Below, piece after piece: positions 13,301 to 25,695 of a stretch of 64,000 nucleotides of DNA (the stretch's first letter is position 1; the number at the start of each line of letters is the position of its first letter). Both the position numbers and the translations under genes were made by a program. The notes beneath the pieces were generated by a model. The model made no database searches. It was not told where the DNA came from and was given only the letters and a program-made list of their open reading frames with translations. Source of the stretch: Eledone cirrhosa (Eukaryota); assembly GCA_964016885.1 (NCBI GenBank), contig OZ024756.1, positions 9,548,001 through 9,612,000 of the forward strand, read 5' to 3'.

Positions 13301-15968
13301 TGTGTATGTATCAGTGTATATATGTATGTATCAGTGTGTGTATGTGTCAGTGTGTATGTATCAGTGTATATATGTATGTATCAGTGTGTGTGTGTGTGTG
13401 TGTGTCAGTGTGTATGTATCAGTGTATATATGTATGTATCAGTGTGTGTGTGTCTGTCAGTGTGTATGTGTCAGTGTATATATGTATGTATCAGTGTGTG
13501 TGTGTGTGTCAGTGTGTATGTGTCAGTGTATATATGTATGTATCAGTGTGTGTGTCAGTGTGTATGTATCAGTGTATATATGTATGTATCAGTGTGTGTG
13601 TGTCAGTGTGTATGTATTAGTATATATATGTATGTATCAGTGTGTGTATGTATGTATCAGTGTATATATGTATGTATCAGTGTGTGTGAGTGTGTCAGTG
13701 TGTATGTATCAGTGTATATATATATGTATCAGTGTGTGTGTGTCTGTCAGTGTGTATGTGTCAGTGTATATATGTATGTATCAGTGTGTATGTGTGTGTC
13801 AGTGTGTATGTATCAGTGTATATATGTATGTATCAGTGTGTGTGTCAGTGTGTATGTATCAGTGTATATATGTATGTATCAGTGTGTGTCAGTGTGTATG
13901 TATCAGTGTGTGTGTGTCAGTGTATATATGTATGCATCAGTGTGTGTGTGTGTCAGTGTGTATGTATCAGTGTATATATGTATGTATCAGTGTGTGTGTG
14001 TGTGTGTCAGTGTATATATGTATGTATCAGTGTGTGTGTGTGTCAGTGTCTATGTATCAGTGTATATATGTATGTATCAGTGTGTGTGTGTGTGTGTCAG
14101 TGTATATATGTATGTATCAGTGTGTGTGTGTGTGTCAGTGTGTATGTATCAGTGTATATATGTATGTATCAGTGTGTGTGTGTGTGTCAGTGTGTATGTG
14201 TCAGTGTATATATGTATGTATCAGTGTGTCTGTGTGTGTCAGTGTGTATGTGTCAGTGTATATATGTATGTATCAGTGTGTGTGTGTGTCAGTGTGTATG
14301 TGTCAGTGTATATATGTATGTATCAGTGTGTGTGTGTGTGTCAGTGTGTATGTATCAGTGTATATATGTATGTATCAGTGTATATATGTATGTATCAATG
14401 TGTGTGTGTGTCAGTGTGTATGTGTCAGTGTATATATGTATGTATCAGTGTGTGTGTGTGTGTGTCAGTGTGTATGTATCAGTGTATATATGTATGTATC
14501 AGTGTGTGTGTGTGTGTGTGTCAGTGTGTATGTATCACTGTATATATGTATGTATCAGTGTGTGTGTGTGTGTCAGTGTGTATGTATCAGTGTATATATG
14601 TATGTATCAGTGTGTGTGTGTGTGTCAGTGTGTATGTATCACTGTATATATGTATGTATCAGTGTGTGTGTGTGTCAGTGTGTATGTGTCAGTGTATATA
14701 TGTATGTATCAGTGTGTGTGTGTGTGTCAGTGTGTATGTATCAGCGTATATATGTATGTATCAGTGTATATATGTATGTATCAGTGTGTGTGTGTGTCAG
14801 TGTGTATGTGTCAGTGTATATATGTAAGTATCAGTGTGTGTGTGTGTCAGTGTGTATGTATCTGTGTATATATGTATGTATCAGTGTGTGTATGTGTCAG
14901 TGTGTATGTATCAGTGTGTGTATGTGTGTCATTGTGTATGTATCAGTGTATATATGTATGTATCAGTGTGTGTATGTGTCAGTGTGTATGTATCAGTGTA
15001 TATATGTATGTATCAGTGTGTGTGTGTGTGTGTGTCAGTGTGTATGTATCAGTGTATATATGTATGTATCAGTGTGTGTGTGTCTGTCAGTGTGTATGTG
15101 TCAGTGTATATATGTATATATCAGTGTGTGTGTGTGTGTCAGTGTGTATGTGTCAGTGTATATATGTATGTATCAGTGTGTGTGTCAGTGTGTATGTATC
15201 AGTGTATATATGTATGCATCAGTGTGTGTCAGTGTGTATGTATCAGTGTGTGTGTGTGTGTGTCAGTGTATATATGTATGTATCAGTGTGTGTGTGTGTG
15301 TGTCAGTGTATATATGTATGTATCAGTGTGTGTGTGTGTGTGTCAGTGTGTATGTATCAGTGTATATATGTATGTATCAGTGTGTGTGTGTCAGTGTGTA
15401 TGTGTCAGTGTATATATGTATGTATCAGTGTGTATGTGTGTGTCAGTGTGTATGTGTCAGTGTATATATGTATATATCAGTGTGTGTGTGTGTCAGTGTG
15501 TATGTGTCAGTGTATATATGTATGTATCAGTGTGTGTGTGTGTGTCAGTGTGTATGTATCAGTGTATATATGTATGTATCAGTGTGTGTGTGTCAGTGTG
15601 TATGTATCAGTGTATATATGTATGTATCAGTATGTGTGTATGTGCCATTGTGTATGTATCAGTGTATATATGTATGTATCATCGTGTGTGTGTGTGTGTG
15701 TGTATGTGTCAGTGTGTATGTATCAGTGTATATATGTAAGTATCTGTGTGTGTGTGTGTGTGTCAGTGTGTATGTATCTGTGTATATATGTATGTATCAG
15801 TGTGTGTATGTGTCAGTGTGTATGTATCAGTGTGTGTATGTGTGTTAGTGTGTATGTATCAATGTATATATGTACGTGTGTGTGTGTGTCTGTCAGTGTG
15901 TATGTATCGGTGTATATATGTATGTATCAGTGTGTGTGTGTATCTGTCAGTTTATCTGCGAAACAGTG
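1..15968. repeat. Complex GT-rich satellite built from three modules: CAGT(GT)n, CAGTGTGTATGT(A/G)T and CAGTGTATATATGTATGTAT
   Basis: Seen directly. The modules recur mostly in the order (GT)n module, 14-mer, 20-mer, giving a ~45-60 bp monomer with a variable (GT)n tract. The array runs off the left edge of the window. Confidence 0.97.
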
Positions 15969-16012
<44 letters not shown>

Positions 16013-16060
16013 CCTATATATATATATATACATAAATATATATATACATATATATATATT

Positions 16061-16116
<56 letters not shown>

Positions 16117-16168
16117 TATATATATATACATACATATATATATACATATATATATGTATATGCATATA

Positions 16169-16202
<34 letters not shown>

Positions 16203-16249
16203 CATATATATATATACATATATATATCCATATACATATATATATACAC

Positions 16250-16280
<31 letters not shown>

Positions 16281-16379
16281 CATATATATATATACATATA
16301 CATATATATATATATATATACATACATATATATATATATACATATATATACATATATATATATATACATATATATATAC

Positions 16380-16410
<31 letters not shown>

Positions 16411-16435
16411 CATATATATATGTGTGTGTGTGTAG
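15969..16435. repeat. (TA)n/(TACA) microsatellite
   Basis: Seen directly. Confidence 0.95.
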
Positions 16436-16519
16436 ATGTGTATCTGCTGATTTGAAGTCGTGTGTGTATGGTGGAGGTTTTAGTGACTGAAATCTTATAT
16501 ATCATATGTGTACTTCAAT

Positions 16520-16655
16520 TAGAGAGAGGGAGAGAGAGAGAGAGAGAGGAGAGAGAAAGAGAGAAGAGAGAGTGGAGAGATAGAGAGAAGAGAGAAGAGA
16601 GAACAGAGAGAGAGATAGAGAAAGAAAGAGAGAAGAGAGAGTTATAGAGAGAGAA
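16520..16655. repeat. (GA)n purine-rich microsatellite
   Basis: Seen directly. Confidence 0.9.
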
Positions 16656-16708
16656 GTGCTCAGAAATATGCAAGCTTAGATATGTGTGTGGAAGGAAGAG
16701 GAAAAGCG

Positions 16709-16778
16709 AGGATGGAGAGGATGAGGGGGATGAGGGAGATGAGGGGGATGAGGGGGATGAGGGGGATGAGGGAGATGG
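16709..16778. repeat. (GATGAGGGG)n 9-bp tandem repeat
   Basis: About 7 copies seen. This repeat produces the DEG-repeat ORF at 16684-16872. Confidence 0.85.
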
Positions 16779-16914
16779 AGAGTACGAGGAAGATTGTGAA
16801 CGGGAGATACGCCTCTTCCCACTTCAAAAGAAGGAGGAAGCTAACGTGAATTGGAATGGTGAAAGTAGATAGTGAAATATAGAAGATGTGAGGGGATATT
16901 CCAGTTAGTTATTG

Positions 16915-17012
16915 TTTAACCCCAGTGTATTACTGGAGTTGAACTCCCAACGTAAAGGGCTGTAACTCTATTCTGTAAAGCATGCTGTTTGACACTCTAC
17001 CGATACTGCCAA
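16915..17012 (-). mobile_element. Degenerate, internally deleted tRNA-derived SINE
   Basis: Shares ctctaccgatactgccaa, gtaactcta and ttgaactc with the adjacent full SINE copies but lacks the central domain. Confidence 0.65.
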
Positions 17013-17023
17013 CCCATAATGTT

Positions 17024-17338
17024 AATTATTGTTTCTACATTTGGCACAAGGCCAGCAATTACCCGAGTGTATTACTGGTACTTTAATAATTGTTTCTACT
17101 TTTGGCACAAGGCCAGCAAAACACCAGTGTATTACTGGTACTTTAATAATTGTTTCTACTTTAGGCACAAGGCCAGCAATTACCCAGTACATTACTGGTA
17201 CTTTATTTTATCGACCCCCGTAAGGATGAAAGGCAAAGTCAACCTCGGCGGGATTTGAACTCAGATCGTAAAGGGACGTAACTCTATGCTGGAAAGCATG
17301 GCGTCCGACCCTCTACCGATACTGCCAATCCACCGCCC
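17024..17338 (-). mobile_element. tRNA-derived SINE with its ~60-bp 3' segment triplicated
   Basis: The minus strand reads GGGCGGTGGATTGGCAGTATCGG (A box), then GAGTTCAAATCC (B box), then TTTGCCTTTCATCCTTACGGGGGTCGATAAAATAAAGTACCAGT. The 3' unit repeats at ~17024, 17085 and 17145. Confidence 0.88.
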
Positions 17339-17340
17339 TT

Positions 17341-17611
17341 TAATAATGTTTTCTTATATAGGCACAAGGCCAGCAATTTTAGGGGAGGGAAAGTCGATTA
17401 AATCGACTTCAGTGTATTACTAGTACTTTAATAATTGTTTCTACTTTTGGCACAAGGCCAGCAATTACCCAGTACATTACTGGTACTTTATTTTATCGAC
17501 CCCGTAAGGATGAAAGGCAAAGTTAACCTTGGAGGGATTTGAACTCAGTCCGTAAAGGGACGTAACTCTATGCTAGAAAGCATGGCGTTCGACCCTCTAC
17601 TGATACTGCCA
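17341..17611 (-). mobile_element. tRNA-derived SINE, second copy, head-to-tail with the previous one
   Basis: Same A box, B box and central domain as 17024-17338, with a duplicated 3' segment. Confidence 0.85.
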
Positions 17612-17719
17612 AAATGAAATAAAGAAAGAGTAAAGATAGATAGAGAGAGGGGGGGGGGGAAAGAGAGAGACAGAGAGAGAAAGAGAGGGAGAGATGTGAT
17701 AGATGGAAGAGAGTAGACA

Positions 17720-17888
17720 GTGTGTGTGCATGTGTATGTGTGTGTATGTCTGTATGTGTATGCGAGTGTATGTGTGTATGTAAGTATGTATGAGTATGTG
17801 TATGTCTGTATGTGTATATGTATGTATCTGGGTGCGTGTGTGTGTGTGGGTGTGTATGTATGTATGTGGATGTGTATGTATGTATGTG

Positions 17889-17920
<32 letters not shown>

Positions 17921-18627
17921 TGTGGGTGTGTATGTATGTATGTGTATGTGTATGTATGTGGGTGTGTATGTGTGTATGTGTACATGTATGTATGTGGGTG
18001 TGTATGTATGTATGTGGGTGTGTATGTATGTGGGCGTGTATGTATATATGTGTATATGTATGTATGTATGTATGTGTATATGTATATATGTGTATATGTA
18101 TGTATGTATGTATGTGTATATGTATGTATGTGTATATGTATGTATGTGTATATGTATGTATGTGGGTGCGTGTGTATGTGGGTGTGTATGTATGTGTACA
18201 TGTACGTATGTGGGCGTGTATGTGTGTATGTGTATATGTATATGTATGTGTATATGTATGTATGTATGTATGTGTATATGTATGTATGTATGTGTATATG
18301 TATGTATGTATGTATGTGTATATGTATGTATGTATGTGTATATGTATGTATATGTATGTATGTATGTATGTGTATATGAATGTGTATATGTATGTGTGTA
18401 TGTGAATATGTATGTATGTGTATATGTATGTATGTGTATATGTATGTATGTATGTGTACATGTATGTATGTGGGCGTGTATGTATGTGTATATGTATGTA
18501 TGTATGTGTATATGTATGTATGTGTATATGTATGTATGTGTATATGTATGTATGTATGTGTACATGTATGTATGTGGGCGTGTATGTATGTATATATCTA
18601 TGGATATATGTATGTATGTATATATGT
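17720..18627. repeat. (TATG)n/(TG)n compound microsatellite, preceded by a GA-rich tract at ~17630-17715
   Basis: Seen directly. Confidence 0.93.
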
Positions 18628-18791
18628 CCGCAAATCCACACGTTTTCAATGTGTGTTCCCAAACAACAATATCAGGCCGGTTGTGCTTTAATTTGGTGGC
18701 AGTTTTTATTTTCAGGTTCCACCAGTATTCCTATGTGTGTATGTATGTATGTTTGTATGTATGTGTGTATGTATGTATGTATGTGTGTATG

Positions 18792-19430
18792 TCAGGTCAC
18801 CAGTTGGTGCTACTGGTAACATGTATCCCAGTACAACCTGTCTCATGGTCGGGTCATTGGCGACTAAACTGGCAACCCCACCAAGGTTTCTTGGTGAGGA
18901 GGGTGATTTTGGACATCCTGCAGGACTAAAAACAAAACCTGTCAAAGGGCAAATAAGCTCTTAAGAGTCAATGGCCATCCAAAATCACCGGGAGAGATGA
19001 CCCCTTAGTTTTTGTTAAGGCAGAATTCTAGGAGAAGGAAAACTCTGATATAACACCTGCAACCCTGATGGTATCCAATGATGTTGACTTGTTCTTCTTT
19101 TTGGTAAATATCATCTTGGTTAAGAGAGTGGGACTGGCTTTGCTCACTATAAAAGCTTCACGGCACAGGCATTGCTTTATATCTGGAGATCTCTCTGCAC
19201 TTGTCGTCACATGGTACCATGGACCCAGTACTATGTGTCAATAATTGTCACAAGTGTAGTGTTTGTACCAGAGTTTTTAAGTCGCTGGCTGGACTAAGAA
19301 GTCACACTCGTTCAGCGCATCAGTAGGGGTTCTCCTACATGGATATGAAGTAGTGGCCGTACTCGAAAACGAGTTGGCAGCCACCATGTATGTGTATATG
19401 TATATATATATATGTATGTATGTATGTATG
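18792..19430 (+). mobile_element. Internally deleted (bipartite) RTE-clade LINE derivative: 5' UTR-like segment, ORF C-terminal zinc finger, 3' end and (ATGT)n tail
   Basis: The 5' part contains CTAGGAGAAGGAAAACTCTGA (~19028-19048), which I recall as an RTE 5' UTR motif. 19249-19326 encodes HKCSVCTRVFKSLAGLRSHTRSAHQ*, the C2H2 finger that ends RTE ORF2. CTCGAAAACGAG (a hairpin) and an ATGT tail follow. Confidence 0.65.
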
Positions 19431-19490
19431 TGAAAACCAACACCATTCTTGACTTTTAGTAAATACATTATTCAAATACCTCCCCTCCCC

Positions 19491-19792
<302 letters not shown>

Positions 19793-20336
19793 TCGTCCCT
19801 AAGACGAACCCACAAAATACACACGTCAGCATACATACCTACATCAGCACACATCTCTACCCACATATAAACACAATGACACACGTAAACACACATGCTC
19901 TATGGTGCAACACAAAAAAATATATGTGCATATATATATGTATATATGTATATATATATATATATATATGTAGTGGATATATGTATGTGTGTATATATAT
20001 ATGGTGAATATCATTTCACACCTTTTTTTGTTAAGATTTTTGATGTTCTATTAAGAGAACCGATGTTACTGAAAAAATCGAATAATGTACACCATTTTAC
20101 CAGGGGGAAAAAAATACTGGTCCACCCACACACTCACACACACACACACACATATATATATACACACACACATACACACGCGTACATCAATATACAAAGA
20201 GACTTATATATACACACACACACACACGCACTTCTCCGTATAAGACAAAAGCTGAAAAATATCTTTTGACCTGCTAAAATACCCCCCATTGCTTTCAGAC
20301 ACATTCTTACTGACCATCTCTGCCACCACGAATTAC

Positions 20337-20371
<35 letters not shown>

Positions 20372-20513
20372 CCCCCCCCCCACACACACACTTATCTTAA
20401 TAGCCATTTGACACACATCGCTGCTAACCATTATCACAACATCGAACACCTTACTACTACTACTACACACACACACACACACACATATTTGTTGTGAAAG
20501 AGTCATTTCTCAA

Positions 20514-20731
20514 TCTTGGCGCAAAACCAATTTTTTATTCACATGACCTCTACCGACCAATCAAAATTGTTTTGACCACAAGAATTTTTGCTGGAGCCAC
20601 TTTTTTAACATAAAAACAGTCTTGGCGCAAAATCAATTTTTTACATTCACATGACCTCTACCGACCAATCAAAATTGTTTTGACCACAAGAATTTTTGCA
20701 AATTGGAGCCACTTTTTTAACATAAAAACAG
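20514..20731. repeat. Tandem duplication of a ~106-112 bp unit
   Basis: tcttggcgcaaaa...cacatgacctctaccgaccaatcaaaattg...cataaaaacag occurs at 20514-20619 and 20620-20731. Confidence 0.92.
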
Positions 20732-20913
20732 GTAGAATTCCCAAAACTAATCAGATCAGAGCAAACAGCACGGACACTCTATCTCAAAATTATTTTTGAA
20801 AAGCATTTAGAAATGCGCAAACGGTAAAAACTTAAAAACTTAAAACCACAACTGAATACTAACCCATACAGTCACTAATACTCTTTTATTCCTAATTAAA
20901 CCATTTTTCAACT

Positions 20914-21162
<249 letters not shown>

Positions 21163-21219
21163 GTTGATTTAAAACTGCACTATCCACAAGTGTTTTTTAA
21201 CCTTCATATCATGTCTTCC

Positions 21220-21290
21220 TATTTTATCTGATGAAAACACAAATCTTATTACATGATGATATTTGTTTTTGAAATGCGCATAATAAAATA
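21220..21290 (+). ncRNA. Minimal type-I hammerhead ribozyme motif (HHR-1)
   Basis: Stem I TATTTTAT; core CTGATGA (21228-34); stem II AAACACAAAT...ATTTGTTTTT; GAAA (21271-74); palindromic TGCGCA; UH = TA; stem I' ATAAAATA, a perfect 8-bp complement. Confidence 0.85.
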
Positions 21291-21338
21291 CATGGAACTC
21301 TTTTAACTATCTTTAAACCATCTTTTGATCTTATATAT

Positions 21339-21371
<33 letters not shown>

Positions 21372-21619
21372 ATAGTATACTAGGGAGAGGATCAGGGGTG
21401 TATAACACTCCACATGTGACTGATAGCACCCCTTATTTTTCATTGTTTATTTTATTATCTTATTTTTATTTTTATTTTTATTTTTATTTTTATTTTTATT
21501 TTTATTCTTATCTTTATTTTTACTTTTACTTCCTTAATATCCTTTATCGTCTATTATTATTTTTCATTCTTCAATGTCTTGGATTTGTTATTGCTTGTAT
21601 GGTATGTAATTAACCTTTA

Positions 21620-21665
21620 TGCTCTGATGAGTCCCGCTTATAGTGCGGATGAAACAATGTTAGCA
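21620..21665 (+). ncRNA. Minimal type-I hammerhead ribozyme motif (HHR-2)
   Basis: Stem I TGCT; CTGATGA (21624-30); stem II GTC(C)CGC-TTATAGT-GCGGAT; GAAA; short stem III C-AAT-G; UH = TT; stem I' AGCA. Confidence 0.7.
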
Positions 21666-21703
21666 AGTAAAGATATGCATATGCTATAGGCGTTCTTTGT
21701 CAT

Positions 21704-22968
<1,265 letters not shown>

Positions 22969-23373
22969 ATATTGCTGATAATAGATAAAAAGAAAGGAGT
23001 AATTAATATTTAAAAAAATATTTATATATTAAAGAAAAGCAATGATAATACAGGAACTCATAATATATACATATAAGACAAAAGAAATACAATAATTTGT
23101 AGCAAGAAACGGGGCCACCAAGCTAAGAATATTAGAAAGATAAAGAGCCTAAGTTAAGAGTGGAATCAATAAGAAGGTAGAGATATGTGATATGTATATA
23201 GTAGAGGTAAAAAATGGTGAAAAATGTTTGTAAAAATGGCGACATAAGAAGATTTGAAGGTTAAATGATTAAAAACTGTTGGTTTAATGACAAACTGATG
23301 TGTGCTTATCACTATAGTCTGTGATATTTTAATAGTAAAAATGGCCGCCGGTTTATGAGCAGATGAGATATTG

Positions 23374-24235
23374 TGTTTTCATTATGGCGGAAAAAATATG
23401 AATATTTTGTATATTATGTATATTATATATATTATATATATTATATATTTTATATATATTATGTATATTATATATATTATGTATATTATACATTGTTTTC
23501 ATTATGGCGGAAAAAATATGAATATTTTGTATATTATGTATATTATATATATTATATATATTATATATTTTATATATATTATGTATATTATATATATTAT
23601 GTATATTATACATATTATGTATATTATATGTATTATGTATATTATATATATTATATATATTATATATATTATATATATTATATATATTATATATGTTATA
23701 TATATTATATATTTTATATATATTATATATATTATATATTTTATATATATTATATATATTATATATATTATATATATTGTATATATTATATATATATTAT
23801 ATATATATTATGTATATTATATATATTGTATATATATTATATATATTATATATATTGTATATTATATATATTATATATATTATATATATTATATATATTA
23901 TGTATATTATATATATTATATATATTATATATATCATATATATTATGTATATTATATATATTGTATATATATTATATATATCATATATATTATGTATATT
24001 ATATATATATTATATATATCATATATATTATGTATATTATATATATTGTATATATATTATATATATCATATATATTATGTATATTATATATATATTATAT
24101 ATATTATATATATTATGTTTATTATATATATTATATATATCATATATATTATGTATATTATATATATATTATATATATTATATATATTATGTTTATTATA
24201 TATATTGTATATATATTATATATATTATATAATTA
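23374..24235. repeat. (TATATATTA)n 9-bp AT minisatellite, starting with a 120-bp tandem duplication
   Basis: tgttttcattatggcggaaaaaatatg occurs at 23374 and 23494, followed by 9-bp periodic TATATATTA/TGTATATTA. Confidence 0.92.
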
Positions 24236-24243
24236 CATAAGTA

Positions 24244-24428
24244 CGGTGGATTGGCAGCATCGGTAGAGAGTCGGACACCATGCTTTGAAGCATAGAGTTA
24301 CGTTCCTTTATGATCTGAGTTCAAATCCCGCCGAGGTTAACTTTGCCTTTCATCCTTACGGGGTCAATAAAATAAAGTACCAGTAATACACTAGGTATTT
24401 GTTGTCCTTGTGCCAAAAGTAGAAACAT
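24244..24428 (+). mobile_element. Near full-length tRNA-derived SINE, same family as the 17.0-17.6 kb copies
   Basis: A box TGGCAGCATCGG (24252-63), B box GAGTTCAAATCC (24317-28), central TTTGCCTTTCATCCTTACGGGGTCAATAAAATAAAGTACCAGT, 3' CCTTGTGCCAAAAGTAGAAACA. Confidence 0.9.
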
Positions 24429-24540
24429 TTATATATATATATGTGCGTGTGTGTATGTATATGTACACAAACAGACACACGTGTGTGTGTGTATACATAT
24501 TATATGTATGTATATGTACATTTATTTATATATATATATA

Positions 24541-24578
24541 TGAACAATTTGTCAGCATTTTCTATTCCGTTTACCAAT
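24541..24578 (+). repeat. ~38-bp dispersed motif, copy 3 (solo, in (TA)n)
   Basis: Identical to 20915-20952. Confidence 0.9.
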
Positions 24579-24611
24579 ATATATATATATTATATATATA
24601 TATATACATAT

Positions 24612-24825
24612 TTCCTGACTATCCACGAAGCTCCAATCGTTAAGGTTGTCTTTTTTCCGGGTATGTCAATATTTATTTATAAAACAAATCTGTATTTTAT
24701 CGGATGAAAGCGCACCATAATCTGCCTTGGTTGCCCTTGAAATCATCATCATCCCTGCTTGCAAGGGTGGGATATATATAATAAATTAATTATGGTTTTA
24801 TAAATATAGTTTCCATTTATTAATA

Positions 24826-24832
<7 letters not shown>
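24612..24832 (+). mobile_element. Diverged copy of the HHR-bearing (Penelope pLTR-like) repeat, with a disrupted hammerhead (HHR-3)
   Basis: Homologous to 25408-25595. The core is mutated to CGGATGA (24701-07), and ~28 bp is inserted after GAAAT (24744-24771). Confidence 0.75.
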
Positions 24833-24878
<46 letters not shown>

Positions 24879-24890
24879 TATATATATAAG

Positions 24891-24940
<50 letters not shown>

Positions 24941-24945
24941 TATAT

Positions 24946-24998
<53 letters not shown>

Positions 24999-25045
24999 CA
25001 CACACACATATGTACATATACTTATAGATGTACATATACTTATAT

Positions 25046-25080
<35 letters not shown>

Positions 25081-25128
25081 AGTATATGTACATATATAAG
25101 TATATATAAGTATATGTATATATGTGTG

Positions 25129-25175
<47 letters not shown>

Positions 25176-25179
25176 ACAT

Positions 25180-25210
<31 letters not shown>

Positions 25211-25252
25211 CAATATATTAACAAATGGAAACTATATTTATAAAACCATATT

Positions 25253-25317
25253 TATTTCATTATACATATTTCAAGGACACCAAAGCAAATTATGGTACGC
25301 TTTCATCAGATAAAATA
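25253..25317 (-). ncRNA. Minimal type-I hammerhead ribozyme motif (HHR-4)
   Basis: Minus strand: TATTTTAT CTGATGA AAGCGTACCA-TAATTTGCTT-TGGTGTCCTT GAAA TATGTA TA ATGAAATA. Confidence 0.8.
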
Positions 25318-25485
25318 TAATATAGATCAGTTTTATAAACAAATATTGACATACCCTAAAAGAATGCGACCATGTCGGTTGGAAGCTCCCGATAGTCCCG
25401 TGTGTATCTATCGGGAGCATCCAACCGACATGGTCGCATTCTTTTAGGGTATGTCAATATTTGTTTATAAAACTGATCTATATTA

Positions 25486-25550
25486 TATTTTATCTGATGA
25501 AAGCGCACCATAATTTGCTCTGGTGTCCTTGAAATATGTATAATGAAATA
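25486..25550 (+). ncRNA. Minimal type-I hammerhead ribozyme motif (HHR-5)
   Basis: TATTTTAT; CTGATGA (25494-500); stem II AAGCGCACCA...TGGTGTCCTT; GAAA (25531-34); TATGTA; UH = TA; ATGAAATA, giving an 8-bp stem I with one G-U pair. Confidence 0.82.
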
Positions 25551-25695
25551 AATATGGGTTTATAAATATAGTTTCCATTTGTTAATATATTGTATTTTTA
25601 CTCCAAAAATTTGTTGAGTGCTTTATATCAGTTATAAAAATATTAGCTTGTTGTGTCCCAATAATTTAAATAGAACTTCTACATATATATATATA

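Larger units (their letters stand above)
25208..25595. repeat. 188-bp inverted repeat (arms 25208-25395 and 25408-25595, 12-bp spacer), probably inverted Penelope-like pLTRs
   Basis: The arms are reverse complements with 4 mismatches by my manual comparison. Each arm carries a hammerhead motif that reads outward. Confidence 0.93.

Noticed and set aside
2150-15745. Many GTATGT/GTAAGT donor-like and CAG acceptor-like motifs
   Set aside because: They are intrinsic to the satellite monomer, with no polypyrimidine tracts or exons.
1-16035. Very long Cys/Val/Tyr-rich ORFs (up to 2529 aa) in all three + frames
   Set aside because: They result from a repeat that almost never contains stop codons. 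They are open in every frame, have no domain structure, and are not metallothionein- or keratin-like genes.
16684-16872. Acidic DEG-repeat ORF (62 aa)
   Set aside because: It is explained by a (GATGAGGGG)n repeat, and there is no supporting exon structure.
19249-19326. C2H2 zinc finger as an exon of a host zinc-finger gene
   Set aside because: It is a single finger with no TGEKP linker, followed directly by a stop, an RTE-like 3' end and a microsatellite tail. It is better explained as the RTE ORF2 terminus.
23265-23345. Minus-strand IKISQTIVISTHQ/SLNQQ, resembling the end of a Penelope GIY-YIG domain
   Set aside because: It requires a frameshift, lacks the conserved Glu, and is too short to support without a profile search.
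24244-24335. tRNA gene (A and B boxes present)
   Set aside because: There is no cloverleaf, and the sequence continues into a SINE body present in four copies in the window.
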